NCBI GenBank assembly: GCA_001788095.1
Contig: MFZX01000031.1
Span: 9,736-73,735, forward strand
Length of the DNA: 64,000 nucleotides
Reading direction: 5' to 3'
DNA from: Candidatus Roizmanbacteria bacterium RIFCSPHIGHO2_12_FULL_37_23
GTDB lineage: Bacteria > Patescibacteriota > Microgenomatia > UBA1406 > HO2-37-13b
In this document: in pieces, positions 18,740-29,305 of the stretch
Layout: each line of letters opens with the position of its first letter
Numbering within the stretch: position 1 is the stretch's first letter
Position numbers and translations under genes: made by a program
The notes under the pieces: model-generated
Seen by the model: the letters and a program-made list of their open reading frames with translations, nothing else
The model's database searches: none
What the model was told of the DNA's origin: nothing

Positions 18740-18746
18740 TTTCGTA

Positions 18747-18795
18747 CCTCACACCTGACAGGTGTGATGAGGCTCACACATCATTTGACACACTT
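18747..18795. terminator. R3 palindromic hairpin cctcacacctg-a-caggtgtgaTgagg between convergent PBP2 and metG; likely bidirectional terminator
   Basis: About 12-bp stem. Shares about 40 bp with the sequence inside tatD at 11310. Confidence 0.5.
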
Positions 18796-18831
18796 TGAAG
18801 AATGATTCGAGCCTTTCATGATCTTTTGAAA

Positions 18832-20277
18832 TTATAATCTTTTGAAATAAGGTTGTTGAATAGTAACTTTTTCTCCCCCAAACTGCTTGAGCATTTTTTC
18901 CGCAGTTTGAGGCAAAAATGGCTGGAGCGCCTCGCCAATATCTACCAAGGAAGCTAGTCCTTCTATACCAATAATTATTTCCTGTAATGTTTTAAGAGAC
19001 TCTTGCTTTGTTTGTCTCCATGGTTCTTTACGATTTATATACTTATCTAGATTCGCTATAGACATCCAGATTACCTCTAATGCTTTATCAAATTTAAAAT
19101 CCCTAACGAGAGCTCCGACATCCTCCATTAACTGATTAGGCCTATTTCTTACAGGAATCATTAAGTCATGCTTATGAGCAAGCTTCGCAACTCTTGAAAT
19201 CAAATTCCCCAACCCATTAGCTAAATCTGCATTATATACTTCTTTAAAACGATCGTCTGATACGTCTCCATCTTTCCCCGAAGGAACTTCACGAAGAAGA
19301 TAATATCGTACAGCATCAACGCCGTACTTCTCCAAAAAAGTAATTGGATCAATAACATTCCCTACTGTTTTGCTCATTTTTTGACCCTGCGAAGTAATAA
19401 AACCATGTACATATAATTGTCGTGGTGGTTGAAGGCCTGCGGACAGCAAGAATGCCGGCCAGTATACTGCATGAAAGCGTATGATATCTTTACCAATTAC
19501 CTGTGCATCAGCTGGCCACCATGTTTTATATTGCTCATCATCCCAACCAAATCCCACACCTGATTGATAAATATTGAGGGCATCAAACCACACATACATT
19601 TTTTGTGTATCGTCACCGGGCACTGGAACGCCCCAATTTTTCGCACGTTCATTTGTTCTTGAAATACTAATGTCTTGCAAAGGTTCTTTGAGAAATCCCA
19701 GAATCTCGTTTTTTCTTTCCCTAGGAATAATTTTGAGGGTGTCTTTTGTAATTAAATCAAGAATCTGCTCTTGGTATTTTGAGAGTTTGAAAAAATAATT
19801 CTTTTCAGATACTTTTTCAAGTTTTTTTCCAGGATGATGAAAGCATTCGCCTTGTTCATCTAATTCGTCTTCTGCGTAAAACATTTCGCATCCTACACAA
19901 TAAAGCCCTTCGTATTCTTTTTGATAAATATCACCGTTGTTATTACATAGTTCCCATAATTTCTGACTAGCGGGATAGTGTTTTTCTTTATCGCTGCCAC
20001 GCTGGAACACATCGATCTGGACATGGTAAGCTTTTGATAAATCAATAAAAGCCTGGGAATTCTCATCAACAAATTCCTGAATAGGTTTTCCTGCTTTCTC
20101 AGCGGCTTGAACATTCTTCAGCGCGTTTTCATCAGCCCCAGAAAGAAGGCGCGTCTCGTCACCGATAAGACGGTGATATCGAGCAATGACATCACATTGT
20201 ACAAATTCTAGTGCATGACCGATATGAGGCTTTGCATTAACATATGGTATAGCAGTGGTGAGATAGAATTTTGACAT
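18832..20277 (-). CDS. metG: methionyl-tRNA synthetase (short form)
   Basis: AIPYVNAKPHIGHA (HIGH), CxxC zinc knuckle CVGCEMFY, KMSKTVGNVIDP (KMSKS). Confidence 0.85.
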   Translation of the reverse strand: MSKFYLTTAIPYVNAKPHIGHALEFVQCDVIARYHRLIGDETRLLSGADENALKNVQAAEKAGKPIQEFVDENSQAFIDLSKAYHVQIDVFQRGSDKEKHYPASQKLWELCNNNGDIYQKEYEGLYCVGCEMFYAEDELDEQGECFHHPGKKLEKVSEKNYFFKLSKYQEQILDLITKDTLKIIPRERKNEILGFLKEPLQDISISRTNERAKNWGVPVPGDDTQKMYVWFDALNIYQSGVGFGWDDEQYKTWWPADAQVIGKDIIRFHAVYWPAFLLSAGLQPPRQLYVHGFITSQGQKMSKTVGNVIDPITFLEKYGVDAVRYYLLREVPSGKDGDVSDDRFKEVYNADLANGLGNLISRVAKLAHKHDLMIPVRNRPNQLMEDVGALVRDFKFDKALEVIWMSIANLDKYINRKEPWRQTKQESLKTLQEIIIGIEGLASLVDIGEALQPFLPQTAEKMLKQFGGEKVTIQQPYFKRL

Positions 20278-20284
20278 AAAAGTA

Positions 20285-21478
20285 TTATAACAGCTCTAAC
20301 ATCTCAGCAGCCCAGATCATGCCAGTATGTGCCCCATGATAAAAGGGTCTTCCACGATAAGGTTGACGTCCATCAGGTTCAAATACTTCAACATATGTCC
20401 CCTCTCTTAAAATCCACTGTTCATATTCTTGTAGCTGAGCTTTTGCATATGCAGGATCAACGCGCGCGGCCAATTGGATATAACGGGGACCAAGCATTGA
20501 CCAAACTGTTGTTCCTTGAAAATTAGGCGCAACTGCTTGAGCAATTAATTCCAAATCTCGATCATCGTGATCCTCAGCAACATGGTACCGTAATGCAAAA
20601 GGATGATCAAATCCTGCATCTCGAATAGTATCGATGGTCGAGGCAAGCATTTTATCATCTGAAACGATACCGAGCATAAACGGTATTATTGCTGTATCTC
20701 CAGAAAGTTGCGGTCGTTTTCCTGAATCATTATCAATAAAGTGCTTTCCATTCCAAAAACGTTCCAAAAACGTCGACCGTAAGTCAATACCACAAAGTGG
20801 GTTTTCAATGGAATCAGCAAAATCGTTATCAAGAAGTTCTTGAAATTTAAGAAGAAAAGCATTTGATGATGAGGTTGCTCGACGAGTAATCATGTCTTTG
20901 ATTGTGGGAAAATGACGATCTCGGCGAACACCATTAGTTTTCGGATCGTAGACTTTTGCTACATATGCATCAACCTGTGCCTGAAGAAAATCGCCGTAAC
21001 TATCTAGTATTTCTTGCGCTTGGAGGGTTTTGATTGATTGTAATAACCATACCATTGAATCAGCCGCATATGAATACACATTGAATGGTAAGCTATTTGG
21101 TGCAATAGTCGTAGAGACACGACCGTATAAAGCGTACTGTTGCATTGCCCATTGAAGTGATTGTCGAGCTTGCTCCTCATATCCGGCGCGCATTAAATCT
21201 GCAAGAACAAATCCAAAATCGCGAATCCAGAATTGATTTATTGGTGATTCTCCAGCTTCAAAATAAACTCCATTCCAACGCTTCTCAACAATTGCTCTAC
21301 AGATATCACGCGCAGAACCGGCATATCGAGTAGGTTCTGGAGTACGGATATGTTGTGGTACTATTCTCGCCCCTTCTTGTCCAAGAAGAACCATTTGCCT
21401 AACAAGCGAAGGCCCTACGCGCTCATTGAAACTCATATATTTCAGACGCCTGTGCGTTGAGCCAATAGTATACAGCAC
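20285..21478 (-). CDS. hypothetical protein, possibly (alpha/alpha)6-barrel glycosyl-hydrolase-like
   Basis: 397 aa. Aromatic-rich; WIRDFGF-like motif. Weak assignment. Start may be the MSFNERV methionine at 21436. Confidence 0.35.
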   Translation of the reverse strand: MLYTIGSTHRRLKYMSFNERVGPSLVRQMVLLGQEGARIVPQHIRTPEPTRYAGSARDICRAIVEKRWNGVYFEAGESPINQFWIRDFGFVLADLMRAGYEEQARQSLQWAMQQYALYGRVSTTIAPNSLPFNVYSYAADSMVWLLQSIKTLQAQEILDSYGDFLQAQVDAYVAKVYDPKTNGVRRDRHFPTIKDMITRRATSSSNAFLLKFQELLDNDFADSIENPLCGIDLRSTFLERFWNGKHFIDNDSGKRPQLSGDTAIIPFMLGIVSDDKMLASTIDTIRDAGFDHPFALRYHVAEDHDDRDLELIAQAVAPNFQGTTVWSMLGPRYIQLAARVDPAYAKAQLQEYEQWILREGTYVEVFEPDGRQPYRGRPFYHGAHTGMIWAAEMLELL

Positions 21479-21552
21479 GAGAGGTAGTAAGTATTAGGTA
21501 TTACGTATCGTCTTGTTTTCTTCTTCAGCTCATGCTACTCTAATAGTATCCA

Positions 21553-24192
21553 ATGAGTAAAAGAAAATTTGTTATCGCTTCAGTAATTTTAGGTATTTCT
21601 CTATTGCTTGCTGTTGTATATTTTTATCAAAGTTCTTCAACACAACAAGGACACCCTTCTTCAACCAGGATCCAAGAAGCTCTTAGAAATAAAAAAATAG
21701 CTCAATATTTTGAGGATCTCGTTCCTCCTGAAACAGCTTCATCTGAGAATACACTTTCTTTTATTATTGATTCATATGAGCTTGGTGCCCAACTTCCTTC
21801 TATTCCTCAGAACCCTCGTATTTATGCATTGAAAACCCGATTCACTCATGCAGAGATAAATCAACTCGCTACAAAACTCCTTGGACCTAATGTGTCAACA
21901 GAATACCTCAGTGATAAAAATTTCGTTTCTCTCAATTCCAAACATGGCACGTTAACATTTAACACAACAACGGGAGCATTTTCGTTTTATTCACTTCTCA
22001 CAAAACTCCCGTTTCAAACAACACAAGATCAACCTGATATTCGACCACAACTTACGCAGTATCTAAAAAATTCACTAGGGGTTATTGACGATACCATAAC
22101 AGCAACTGCATATTACACAAGGAGCACTAATTCTAATATCACGTATTATGAATTCCATCGTGACTGGGATAAAGTAGGACTCGCTATTATTAATCCGGTG
22201 GGTGTTATAAACCTGCCTACTTCCAAGAGCGTAAGTCAACTGAGTCTCACGGGATTTGATGAATTTAGCCCAGATGATACAACAATTACATTTGCTTCAG
22301 ATGTTCCGGGGAAAAAGAGAAATGATGATTTTAACACCATGACCGTCGCTGTTTCACAGGAAGGTTATGTCGTTTCTATTGATTCAAACATCCGGCTTAT
22401 AACTGAAGAAAGAACGCTCGCTGATGCAGGACTAACACTCCTTGATCCAAATAAAGTTATCGATGAAATTAAACATGACGGCTCATACTTCAATATCGCC
22501 CTTCCTTCAGGAGAGGGATTTATAAGTCTTGAAAAAACATTCCCGAATCATGAACTTAAAGCAAAAGTTGCAGAAATTACTGACGTTTCTTTAGTGTTTA
22601 CAGAAAAACACGGGGATGTTACTCAAAAATATTTATATCCTTCATATATTGTTCGCGGTGTTGCTGAAACAGAAACAGGGGTGCGAACAAAATTTGCGCA
22701 AACTGTACCAGCTATAAATGATATTAGTAAATTATCTCAAACATCATTATTGGAAAAGGTTATATCGTATTTTGGGAAATTCTCAGTTAAGCAAGTCTAT
22801 GCACAATCGGATTCCCAAAAATGTTTTACTGAAATTATCTATCCTTGTGGAGAAGGCGAAGATTCTGTTCAGTGTACTTTTACGTTAAAAAGATGCATCA
22901 CACCTACTACAACAGTGCCTACGGTAACAGTCCCTACAGCAACTCCATATATAACACCTCCTCAGGAACCTTCATCAACCCCTGTACCAGATCTTCCAGG
23001 ACCTTGTGTTTTATATCGACTAAATGAAGAGGATGAATATGATATTGTAGAACTTGCAAATGAATTTGCTATTGATGCTCCTGATCTTAATAGTCCGATT
23101 AATCCTTTTGGGTGGAGGTATGATATACCAGGCATAGGTGTTATTGCTTATTTCCCTGTTTCTCTTCCTGATGGTCCTATTGCTGTAAGAATTTCACGAA
23201 GCACAAATGCGCGACCAGGAACACCATTGGCCGGGGGTGAAGTGCTTTATGGAAGGCAATTTGATTCTCTACAAATACAGGTAGAGTTAGAAGTAGCAAT
23301 TCGCGCGGCACAAAGAATTCAGCAAGATCCTTCACTTCTTAGATATATCGATCATCCTCGTTATCAAGTGGAAATGATTGATCTAAATCATATATTTCCT
23401 GAAGTTGGGTACGACATGCTTGATAATAGAATCATGAATAGTTTTGGAATACATTGGAATATCCAGCAGGCAGTGGAAGAATATAACGGCTGGACACTCG
23501 AACAACTAGCAAACACTACACAAGAACTTGCTGAGGTGCCCACGAGAATGCTTATTGGAGCTCGAAGAGCAACATATGGAGATAATCCAATAGGTCGGGA
23601 TGCTAATCAATTTGTTTTAGATGCTCGATGTAAATTCTTATCGCCTGTATCACCACTCTTGTATTTTTATCCTGAACAACCATTACGTATAACATTATCC
23701 TTCTTGCATCCGTATGTGGTTTATGGTGAACCCATTCTTAACAAAAATCTTGTATTTAACGCATATCCATCGGGAAAATTATTATTTGATGGGATTGAGA
23801 GAGATAAATATCATTACGAATATAGCTCTGTGAAATTTGACAAACCACAACAAGGATGGATTATTCCTTCTGAAAATGTCTTTTCTTATCTTCAATACAA
23901 TCTTGCCCCGAAGCTTGGATTACAAGATAATGAGTTGACTGACTTAATACAAGATGTAAGAGGGAGTCTTGCTGGTAAAAATCAAAAACCGTATATGTTT
24001 ATCGGACTTATTCCTGAGAAACAATTGGGTGAAAAACTTCCCTTTGAGATCAATCCAAAGCCCCAGAATATATCGAGAAAACATCTGTATATTTCTTTTA
24101 TGGATACAAAAAACTATGTAGAAGCTCCAAAAGTTACATCAATACATCGAAATGGATTTGATGTCGTAGAACTTGGCGTTTATGTTGAATAA
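21553..24192 (+). CDS. large secreted surface protein with Thr/Pro-rich linker (TPTTTVPTVTVPTATP)
   Basis: N-terminal TM/signal, 879 aa, PT linker. Confidence 0.5.
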   Translation: MSKRKFVIASVILGISLLLAVVYFYQSSSTQQGHPSSTRIQEALRNKKIAQYFEDLVPPETASSENTLSFIIDSYELGAQLPSIPQNPRIYALKTRFTHAEINQLATKLLGPNVSTEYLSDKNFVSLNSKHGTLTFNTTTGAFSFYSLLTKLPFQTTQDQPDIRPQLTQYLKNSLGVIDDTITATAYYTRSTNSNITYYEFHRDWDKVGLAIINPVGVINLPTSKSVSQLSLTGFDEFSPDDTTITFASDVPGKKRNDDFNTMTVAVSQEGYVVSIDSNIRLITEERTLADAGLTLLDPNKVIDEIKHDGSYFNIALPSGEGFISLEKTFPNHELKAKVAEITDVSLVFTEKHGDVTQKYLYPSYIVRGVAETETGVRTKFAQTVPAINDISKLSQTSLLEKVISYFGKFSVKQVYAQSDSQKCFTEIIYPCGEGEDSVQCTFTLKRCITPTTTVPTVTVPTATPYITPPQEPSSTPVPDLPGPCVLYRLNEEDEYDIVELANEFAIDAPDLNSPINPFGWRYDIPGIGVIAYFPVSLPDGPIAVRISRSTNARPGTPLAGGEVLYGRQFDSLQIQVELEVAIRAAQRIQQDPSLLRYIDHPRYQVEMIDLNHIFPEVGYDMLDNRIMNSFGIHWNIQQAVEEYNGWTLEQLANTTQELAEVPTRMLIGARRATYGDNPIGRDANQFVLDARCKFLSPVSPLLYFYPEQPLRITLSFLHPYVVYGEPILNKNLVFNAYPSGKLLFDGIERDKYHYEYSSVKFDKPQQGWIIPSENVFSYLQYNLAPKLGLQDNELTDLIQDVRGSLAGKNQKPYMFIGLIPEKQLGEKLPFEINPKPQNISRKHLYISFMDTKNYVEAPKVTSIHRNGFDVVELGVYVE

Positions 24193-25093
24193 TAAAATTT
24201 TTGCCATTATCGGAATTGTATTTCTAGCTCTTACAGGACTTGTCACGTATTCGTATATACAAGTTAGACAACAAAGAGATGTGGGTGCCGCAGATATACT
24301 TCCACAACAATGTTTAGCTCTGGGAGGAATTGTATATCCAAGTCAATCGTGTCCTCCTGGATATACACAAAAAGGAACGGTCGATGATGGCTCGCAAACA
24401 GGTGACCTCGGTGATATACAAAAAATTGGTCAGGGAGTATGCTGTGTACCAGATGTTATTCCGCTCACGCTTACTCCATCACCCACTATAACAGGAGCTC
24501 CAAGTAGTTCTCCCACACCTACTCCTGTGATATCAACAACAATAACACCAACACCTACTCCAATGTGCCCGTTGTGTGAGCCAGTAAAAATTCTGCCTAT
24601 TTCTGGAACTGATACGTTGCCAAGTTGTGATCCGACATGTGATTTCACCATTATTCAGGATCCCAATAGCTGTCCTGCACTCAATGAAACAGTAAGTATA
24701 AGACTTGATGAAGACGGTTGTATCACCTACGATGTTGATGGAACTAAGATTACGAAATGTGGAAAAAAGGGTGACGTCCTTACTTTTCCTGCTTCTCGAT
24801 CGGGTCATATTATCATATCTTTAACATGTAATCGCCCAACAGCACAGCAACAACAAATGAGTTTCCCAACCGGAACCGGTGATGGTATAAAAATTCCAAG
24901 CACTCTCATTACACCACCTATTGATCTTGTGTGTAGAAAAGAATTGACTGTTGTTTGTTTTACACCTACACCTACAATAACTCCTCCTCTCACCATAACA
25001 GTTTCACCAACACCTGGTTTTTGTAAGTTGCCGGTACCAACATTACTATTTCAGTGTGCGTATGGTTGTGTACGGATAAACGTTCCACAGTGA
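24173..25093 (+). CDS. secreted Cys-rich protein with PT linkers
   Basis: N-terminal TM, multiple Cys pairs, TPSPTITGAPSSSPTPTP linkers. Confidence 0.45.
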   Translation: MAFMLNNKIFAIIGIVFLALTGLVTYSYIQVRQQRDVGAADILPQQCLALGGIVYPSQSCPPGYTQKGTVDDGSQTGDLGDIQKIGQGVCCVPDVIPLTLTPSPTITGAPSSSPTPTPVISTTITPTPTPMCPLCEPVKILPISGTDTLPSCDPTCDFTIIQDPNSCPALNETVSIRLDEDGCITYDVDGTKITKCGKKGDVLTFPASRSGHIIISLTCNRPTAQQQQMSFPTGTGDGIKIPSTLITPPIDLVCRKELTVVCFTPTPTITPPLTITVSPTPGFCKLPVPTLLFQCAYGCVRINVPQ

Positions 25094-25094
25094 T

Positions 25095-26228
25095 ATGCAT
25101 ATAACAGAGGAACTTAAAAATAAACTAATACTTATCTCTGCACTAACTTCTGTAATTGGTGTATTGGCTGGTTTTATGCTTATTCAAAGAACACTTACTC
25201 TTGAGAATAGAGCCAATACTGATCTTGTGTGTAATCTGAGTTCTGCGCGCTGTATAGTAAATCTCCTGCCTGGAGAACAATATAGTGATTTTTATATTAA
25301 AGTCAATGAAATTGATGGTGATGTAAAAAGTATGATTAAACAAGGCGGGTTAAATGAAGTTGCAGTTTTCTTTGATGCACAACAAGGAAAAGAATATGAA
25401 TGTGAAGTTATTCCGAGTGATCGTTCAAATCCTCTATGTGTTCCTACACGAACAAGAGGTAAAGCACCTTTGTGCGTTACACCAAGTCCATCTCCCACAG
25501 GACCAGTTACACCAACTATTGAACCACCAACTCCTTCAATCTCTGAACCACCAACTATAACAATTACAGAATCACCATCAGTAACACCTCCAACTCCTAC
25601 AGTAACTATTACTACCCCAACTCCTACGATAGTACGCGCATGTCCAGTAAGTGATAGAGATGGAGAATTAGAGCTTATACCGCTTCCCTTACCAACTGGC
25701 ACTGCAAAACTCGTATGTAGATTTAGTCAAAAGTGGTTGTGTAGAATACCAAATAGTTTGCTGGAAAAACTCCAGGATTCACGGTTCCGGCTTGTGATTT
25801 ATAAAAATGGTTCTTTGTTTAGTACTGGTCCTTTAAATGGGCAAGAACATGAATTTGAAGCTGAAAATGGTTCAGACTATACGTGCAGATTAGAACTTCT
25901 TGATGAAAATGATTCGGTTTTAGATGTGTGTCTTTCACTTACTGGGTCTCAAGAATGTGTTCTCAATCGTTCTTTACTAACACCGACCATAATGCAATTA
26001 CAGCAGCAAAGAAACTTTAACCAAAATAATTATCAGAATAATCAAACACTTTGCGTCCGGTCACAAGGAGATTTAAACAATGATGGAAGCGTGAATATGG
26101 ACGATGTTACCTTGTTTAGACAGGCTTATTCAAACAGGATACAAAGTTCTTCAGGAGATCTGAATTGTGATAGTAGAGTAGATTTGTCTGATTGGTTAAT
26201 CTTAGGAAGTGGCGTACTTGTAAAATAA
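25095..26228 (+). CDS. secreted protein with PT linkers and C-terminal dockerin-type repeat
   Basis: DLNNDGSVNMDDV...GDLNCDSRVDLSD (D-x-N-x-DG-x-V-N calcium-binding dockerin repeats). Confidence 0.5.
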   Translation: MHITEELKNKLILISALTSVIGVLAGFMLIQRTLTLENRANTDLVCNLSSARCIVNLLPGEQYSDFYIKVNEIDGDVKSMIKQGGLNEVAVFFDAQQGKEYECEVIPSDRSNPLCVPTRTRGKAPLCVTPSPSPTGPVTPTIEPPTPSISEPPTITITESPSVTPPTPTVTITTPTPTIVRACPVSDRDGELELIPLPLPTGTAKLVCRFSQKWLCRIPNSLLEKLQDSRFRLVIYKNGSLFSTGPLNGQEHEFEAENGSDYTCRLELLDENDSVLDVCLSLTGSQECVLNRSLLTPTIMQLQQQRNFNQNNYQNNQTLCVRSQGDLNNDGSVNMDDVTLFRQAYSNRIQSSSGDLNCDSRVDLSDWLILGSGVLVK

Positions 26229-26260
26229 ACCGTTTTGTGTTTTCCAACCCTCGGTGTTAT

Positions 26261-26288
26261 AACCCTCGGGGTTGTAACCCCGAGGGTT
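26261..26288 (+). terminator. hairpin aaccctcgggg-ttgt-aaccccgagggtt after the dockerin protein gene
   Basis: 11-bp perfect stem. Confidence 0.5.
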
Positions 26289-26501
26289 AGTTGATACATG
26301 TCTACGAATTGACTTTTCACAACCTTCTATAGTATATTACCTATTATAGGATTATTTTTTGGTGGCATGATTGCGTTTTTCGCACGTGCTGCGTTCTTCG
26401 CGCTCATGCCGCACTTTGAAAGAAACGGCAATTGATATACGAGATACTACTTGCATACGTCTCGTGTGTAGGGTCGAATTGTGGGAAGAATATACCACTA
26501 T

Positions 26502-26580
26502 TGTCATCCTGAATCCGCCTACTGGCGGAATTCAGGATCTCGATTATTCCCGGAATCCGACCCTTCACACCGAATGGTGT
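26502..26580. repeat. second copy of the MITE terminal hairpin (tgtcatcctgaat-ccgcctactggcgga-attcaggatctcga), reverse orientation relative to 3384-3396
   Basis: Matches the reverse complement of 3350-3396. Confidence 0.45.
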
Positions 26581-26672
26581 GTGTAAGTGGTATTAGTGCA
26601 AGGAGAGGAGGTATACAACCAAATACCCGAAGGTCCCGCTAGGGACCCGTATCTGCTGTCATCCGCATCCCC

Positions 26673-27302
26673 GTGAGGGGAAACCCGAAGGAGACGGCCT
26701 TGAGACTCAGGTTCCTCACGCTACTGCTTGCAGTAGCACTCGTGACCACGTTGGCGGCGGCCGCAGCTCCCATGCTCGCGAGCGCCCCGAACGTCAACGA
26801 GACGACGATGGCGAACGCACGCGCGCCTGCTGCGTGGACCAACGACTCCGTGGGGATGAACGACAGGGCGACTTTCGCAAGGATGAGCGCGTCTCGCGCG
26901 GATCCGGTGCCGATCGTGGCCTTCAGCTCGTCGATCTCCGGCCAGGGCATGGTGTACGAGAGCCTGCGGGGCTACACGACTTCGAACGACGAGATCAACG
27001 GCACCGTCTACGCGACGAACGACGGCCGAGCGATCTACATCTACGACCAGAACGCGCTGAGCTCGACGACAACCGCACGGAACGGCACCGCGGCGTGGAC
27101 GAGCGAGAACACGAACGGAACGGCGACGGTGAGCGCTACTGCATGGTCTGATGACCACTACGTAAGGATGAGCCAGCTGGCGCTGAAGATGCCTACCTTC
27201 ACGGCCGACTTCGTGGCGAACGGCGCGACGGCTCGCGTGACCCCCTGGCGGACTGACCAGGTGGCGATCGCGGCAGTGGTGACGGTGGAGCAGCTGCTCT
27301 AG
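26673..27302 (+). CDS. secreted protein with signal peptide and many N-glycosylation sequons; haloarchaeal-like composition (GTG start likely)
   Basis: LLLAVALVTTLAAAAAP signal. NETT, NDSV, NGTV, NGTA sequons. Acidic, Thr/Ala-rich. Confidence 0.4.
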   Translation: MRGNPKETALRLRFLTLLLAVALVTTLAAAAAPMLASAPNVNETTMANARAPAAWTNDSVGMNDRATFARMSASRADPVPIVAFSSSISGQGMVYESLRGYTTSNDEINGTVYATNDGRAIYIYDQNALSSTTTARNGTAAWTSENTNGTATVSATAWSDDHYVRMSQLALKMPTFTADFVANGATARVTPWRTDQVAIAAVVTVEQLL

Positions 27303-27348
27303 CACACGATCAGGAGCGCTGATCTCCGCTGACCTCCTCCAGTAGTTA

Positions 27349-27410
27349 GGGACCGTCCCGGGCCAGTGGCCCTTGACGCGCCGGTTCTCGGTACACGCCG
27401 GGACGGTCCC
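27349..27410. repeat. 13-bp perfect inverted repeat gggaccgtcccgg / ccgggacggtccc with 36-nt spacer
   Basis: Read directly from sequence. Confidence 0.6.
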
Positions 27411-27531
27411 CGAGGAGTTTCATCGAGTAAAATGCATTCATCAGCATTCATCCTCCCCGGCCCCCCGCTCAAGTGCAACACCACTGAGCCAACAACGGAC
27501 TGGGCACCGTTGGATTGGGGGACCATTTGTA

Positions 27532-27603
27532 CCCGGCAGGCCGCTTGGACGCGGAGAGATCGCTCGCGCGATCAATTTGTTCCGTTGAGAACGGCCTGCC
27601 GGG
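27532..27603. repeat. 12-bp perfect inverted repeat cccggcaggccg / cggcctgccggg with 48-nt spacer
   Basis: Read directly from sequence. Confidence 0.6.
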
Positions 27604-27875
27604 AAAACTTTCGGCCAGATGGCGATGACAGGATCAGAAGCCTGCAATAACGCTTACTCGTTCGGCACGAAACGGAACGCCTCCCTTTCGCGTCGACTGG
27701 CTGAGTCGGCTTCTGAGACATCACACGCTGCGCGCGTGCGTTCACTATAGTCAAGCTCGTGCACAGTTTCATCTGAAACTGGCTTGACAAGACTCTGGTC
27801 TCGCGCGCTTCTATCTTTCGACGGGAGATAGAAAGACCAGGGTCTGGTTTCACAGACTCGTATATCAACAGAAAA

Positions 27876-27918
27876 CCCCGATGCAATCGGGGGCCGCTCG
27901 TCACGTATGTGACTTTTT
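27876..27918 (+). terminator. tandem hairpins ccccgat-gcaa-tcgggg and gtcac-gtat-gtgac followed by TTTTT
   Basis: Read directly from sequence. Confidence 0.5.
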
Positions 27919-28075
27919 GATAATTCCCTTCTTTGGGTTTTATTGATTTTTCGCGTGTGTGCGAGCGGTGCCGTTTCTGTTGTTTCTTTTTACATCCTTC
28001 CGTTTGACCTTCCTTATTTGCTTTTCATTAATTGCTTTTCATTAATTGTTTTTCTTTATTTGCTTTTTTCTAATT

Positions 28076-28135
28076 CCCCGAGGTTGCGAGCGTAACCAAC
28101 CTTCGATGTTGGTTTGTACTCCAACCTCCCGGGTT
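28076..28135 (+). repeat. R1 repeat variant b inserted in the AT-rich spacer within GC island 2
   Basis: ccgaggttgcgagcgtaaccaaccttcgatgttggtttgtactccaacctcccggg. Confidence 0.6.
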
Positions 28136-28202
28136 CTAATAACTTTTTCATTTTTATTCTTCTAGTTTCTATTTTTCAATGCTTCAAAATCAATTCTTCA
28201 AA

Positions 28203-28250
28203 TCCCAAGGTTGCGAACGTAATCAACCTCTAAGGTTGATTTGTTTTCAG
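28203..28250 (+). repeat. R1 repeat variant a (ccaaggttgcgaacgtaatcaacctctaaggttgatttg)
   Basis: Same architecture as variant b; outer stem aggttg/caacct plus inner hairpin. Confidence 0.55.
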
Positions 28251-28689
28251 GGAAGTTGAATGATATAATAATATGTTTTCCGTCCTATGGGACGGCTTTA
28301 TTTTAAGCAATCCTCAAGCGTAGACATGTATTTTGCTATATGTTGTATGCTCTAGGATAAAGCTCTTTAACAAAACGCACAATAGCAAGAACCTTTTTCC
28401 GTATTTATAGTTGAATAAGTGGGGCCTGTCTCGCTCTCCCTCCCAGCCGGTGCTCCCTCGACACGAGTCGAGGTCCGCTCCGTCGGGAGACCCTTCCGAG
28501 CGAGCCACCCACACAGCGGTATAAATCACTTCAATTATAGATCTGGAAAAAGGTTCTCATATGCCCAAGAGGAGGTGATGAAAACGGGCGCATGTCCCAA
28601 GTCGCAGTTTCTGAGAACCACTGCAAAACCACCTTACCCGCCTTTCGACCTCAGGTCGAAAACACGAACGCCAAGGAGTAGTTAGACAC

Positions 28690-28956
28690 ATGGACGCGAC
28701 CGAGACCGTGTTGGATGATCGTGACGACGGCGAGCGCGAGCCCAGCGACGAGCCCGAGGAGACGGACGGCGATCCCGAGGACGGCGAGGAGACCGACGGC
28801 GACGGCGACGGCGGCGAGACCGGCGACGAGGACGAGCCCGGCGACGAGGAGCCCGAGGACCCGGACGAGGGCGACGACGGTGTCGAGACCGGCGAGGAGA
28901 CCGACGGCGACGGCGGCGAGACCGATCCCGAGGTCCGCCACGAGGAGGACGACTAG
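28690..28956 (+). CDS. extremely acidic small protein (D/E/G/T-rich, 88 aa), haloarchaeal or halovirus-like
   Basis: MDATETVLDDRDDGEREPSDEPEETDGDPEDGEETDGDGDGGETGDEDEPGDEEP... Confidence 0.35.
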   Translation: MDATETVLDDRDDGEREPSDEPEETDGDPEDGEETDGDGDGGETGDEDEPGDEEPEDPDEGDDGVETGEETDGDGGETDPEVRHEEDD

Positions 28957-29167
28957 CGGTGCCGGTCTTCGGCTCTAACAGAGGGGTCTTCGATCCCCAG
29001 GAGACTGCCCTTTCTCACAACGGACCTTGGGGTTACGGGATCCCACACGACCCACCGCGCGACACGTCGCACAAGGACAAGGGTGACAAGCCCGAGAACG
29101 AAGGCGACGACGACCGCGCCACAACCAACTAACCACCGCCGCTTGAGCCACCCGGCTTGAGCTAGTA

Positions 29168-29240
29168 GGGCGGGACCGCCGGTCCCCAGTCCTCCACAGG
29201 TCTGCTGGCAAACCAACCAGCTCACCCGGCGGTCCCGCCC
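29168..29240. repeat. 15-bp perfect inverted repeat gggcgggaccgccgg / ccggcggtcccgccc with 43-nt spacer
   Basis: Read directly; the motif gggcgggacc recurs at 29352. Confidence 0.6.
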
Positions 29241-29305
29241 GTCGCTATCATATTTCGGCACATGCCGAATCCCTGCCCCACGTAAGCGCCGGTTTCCTGG
29301 GCCAC

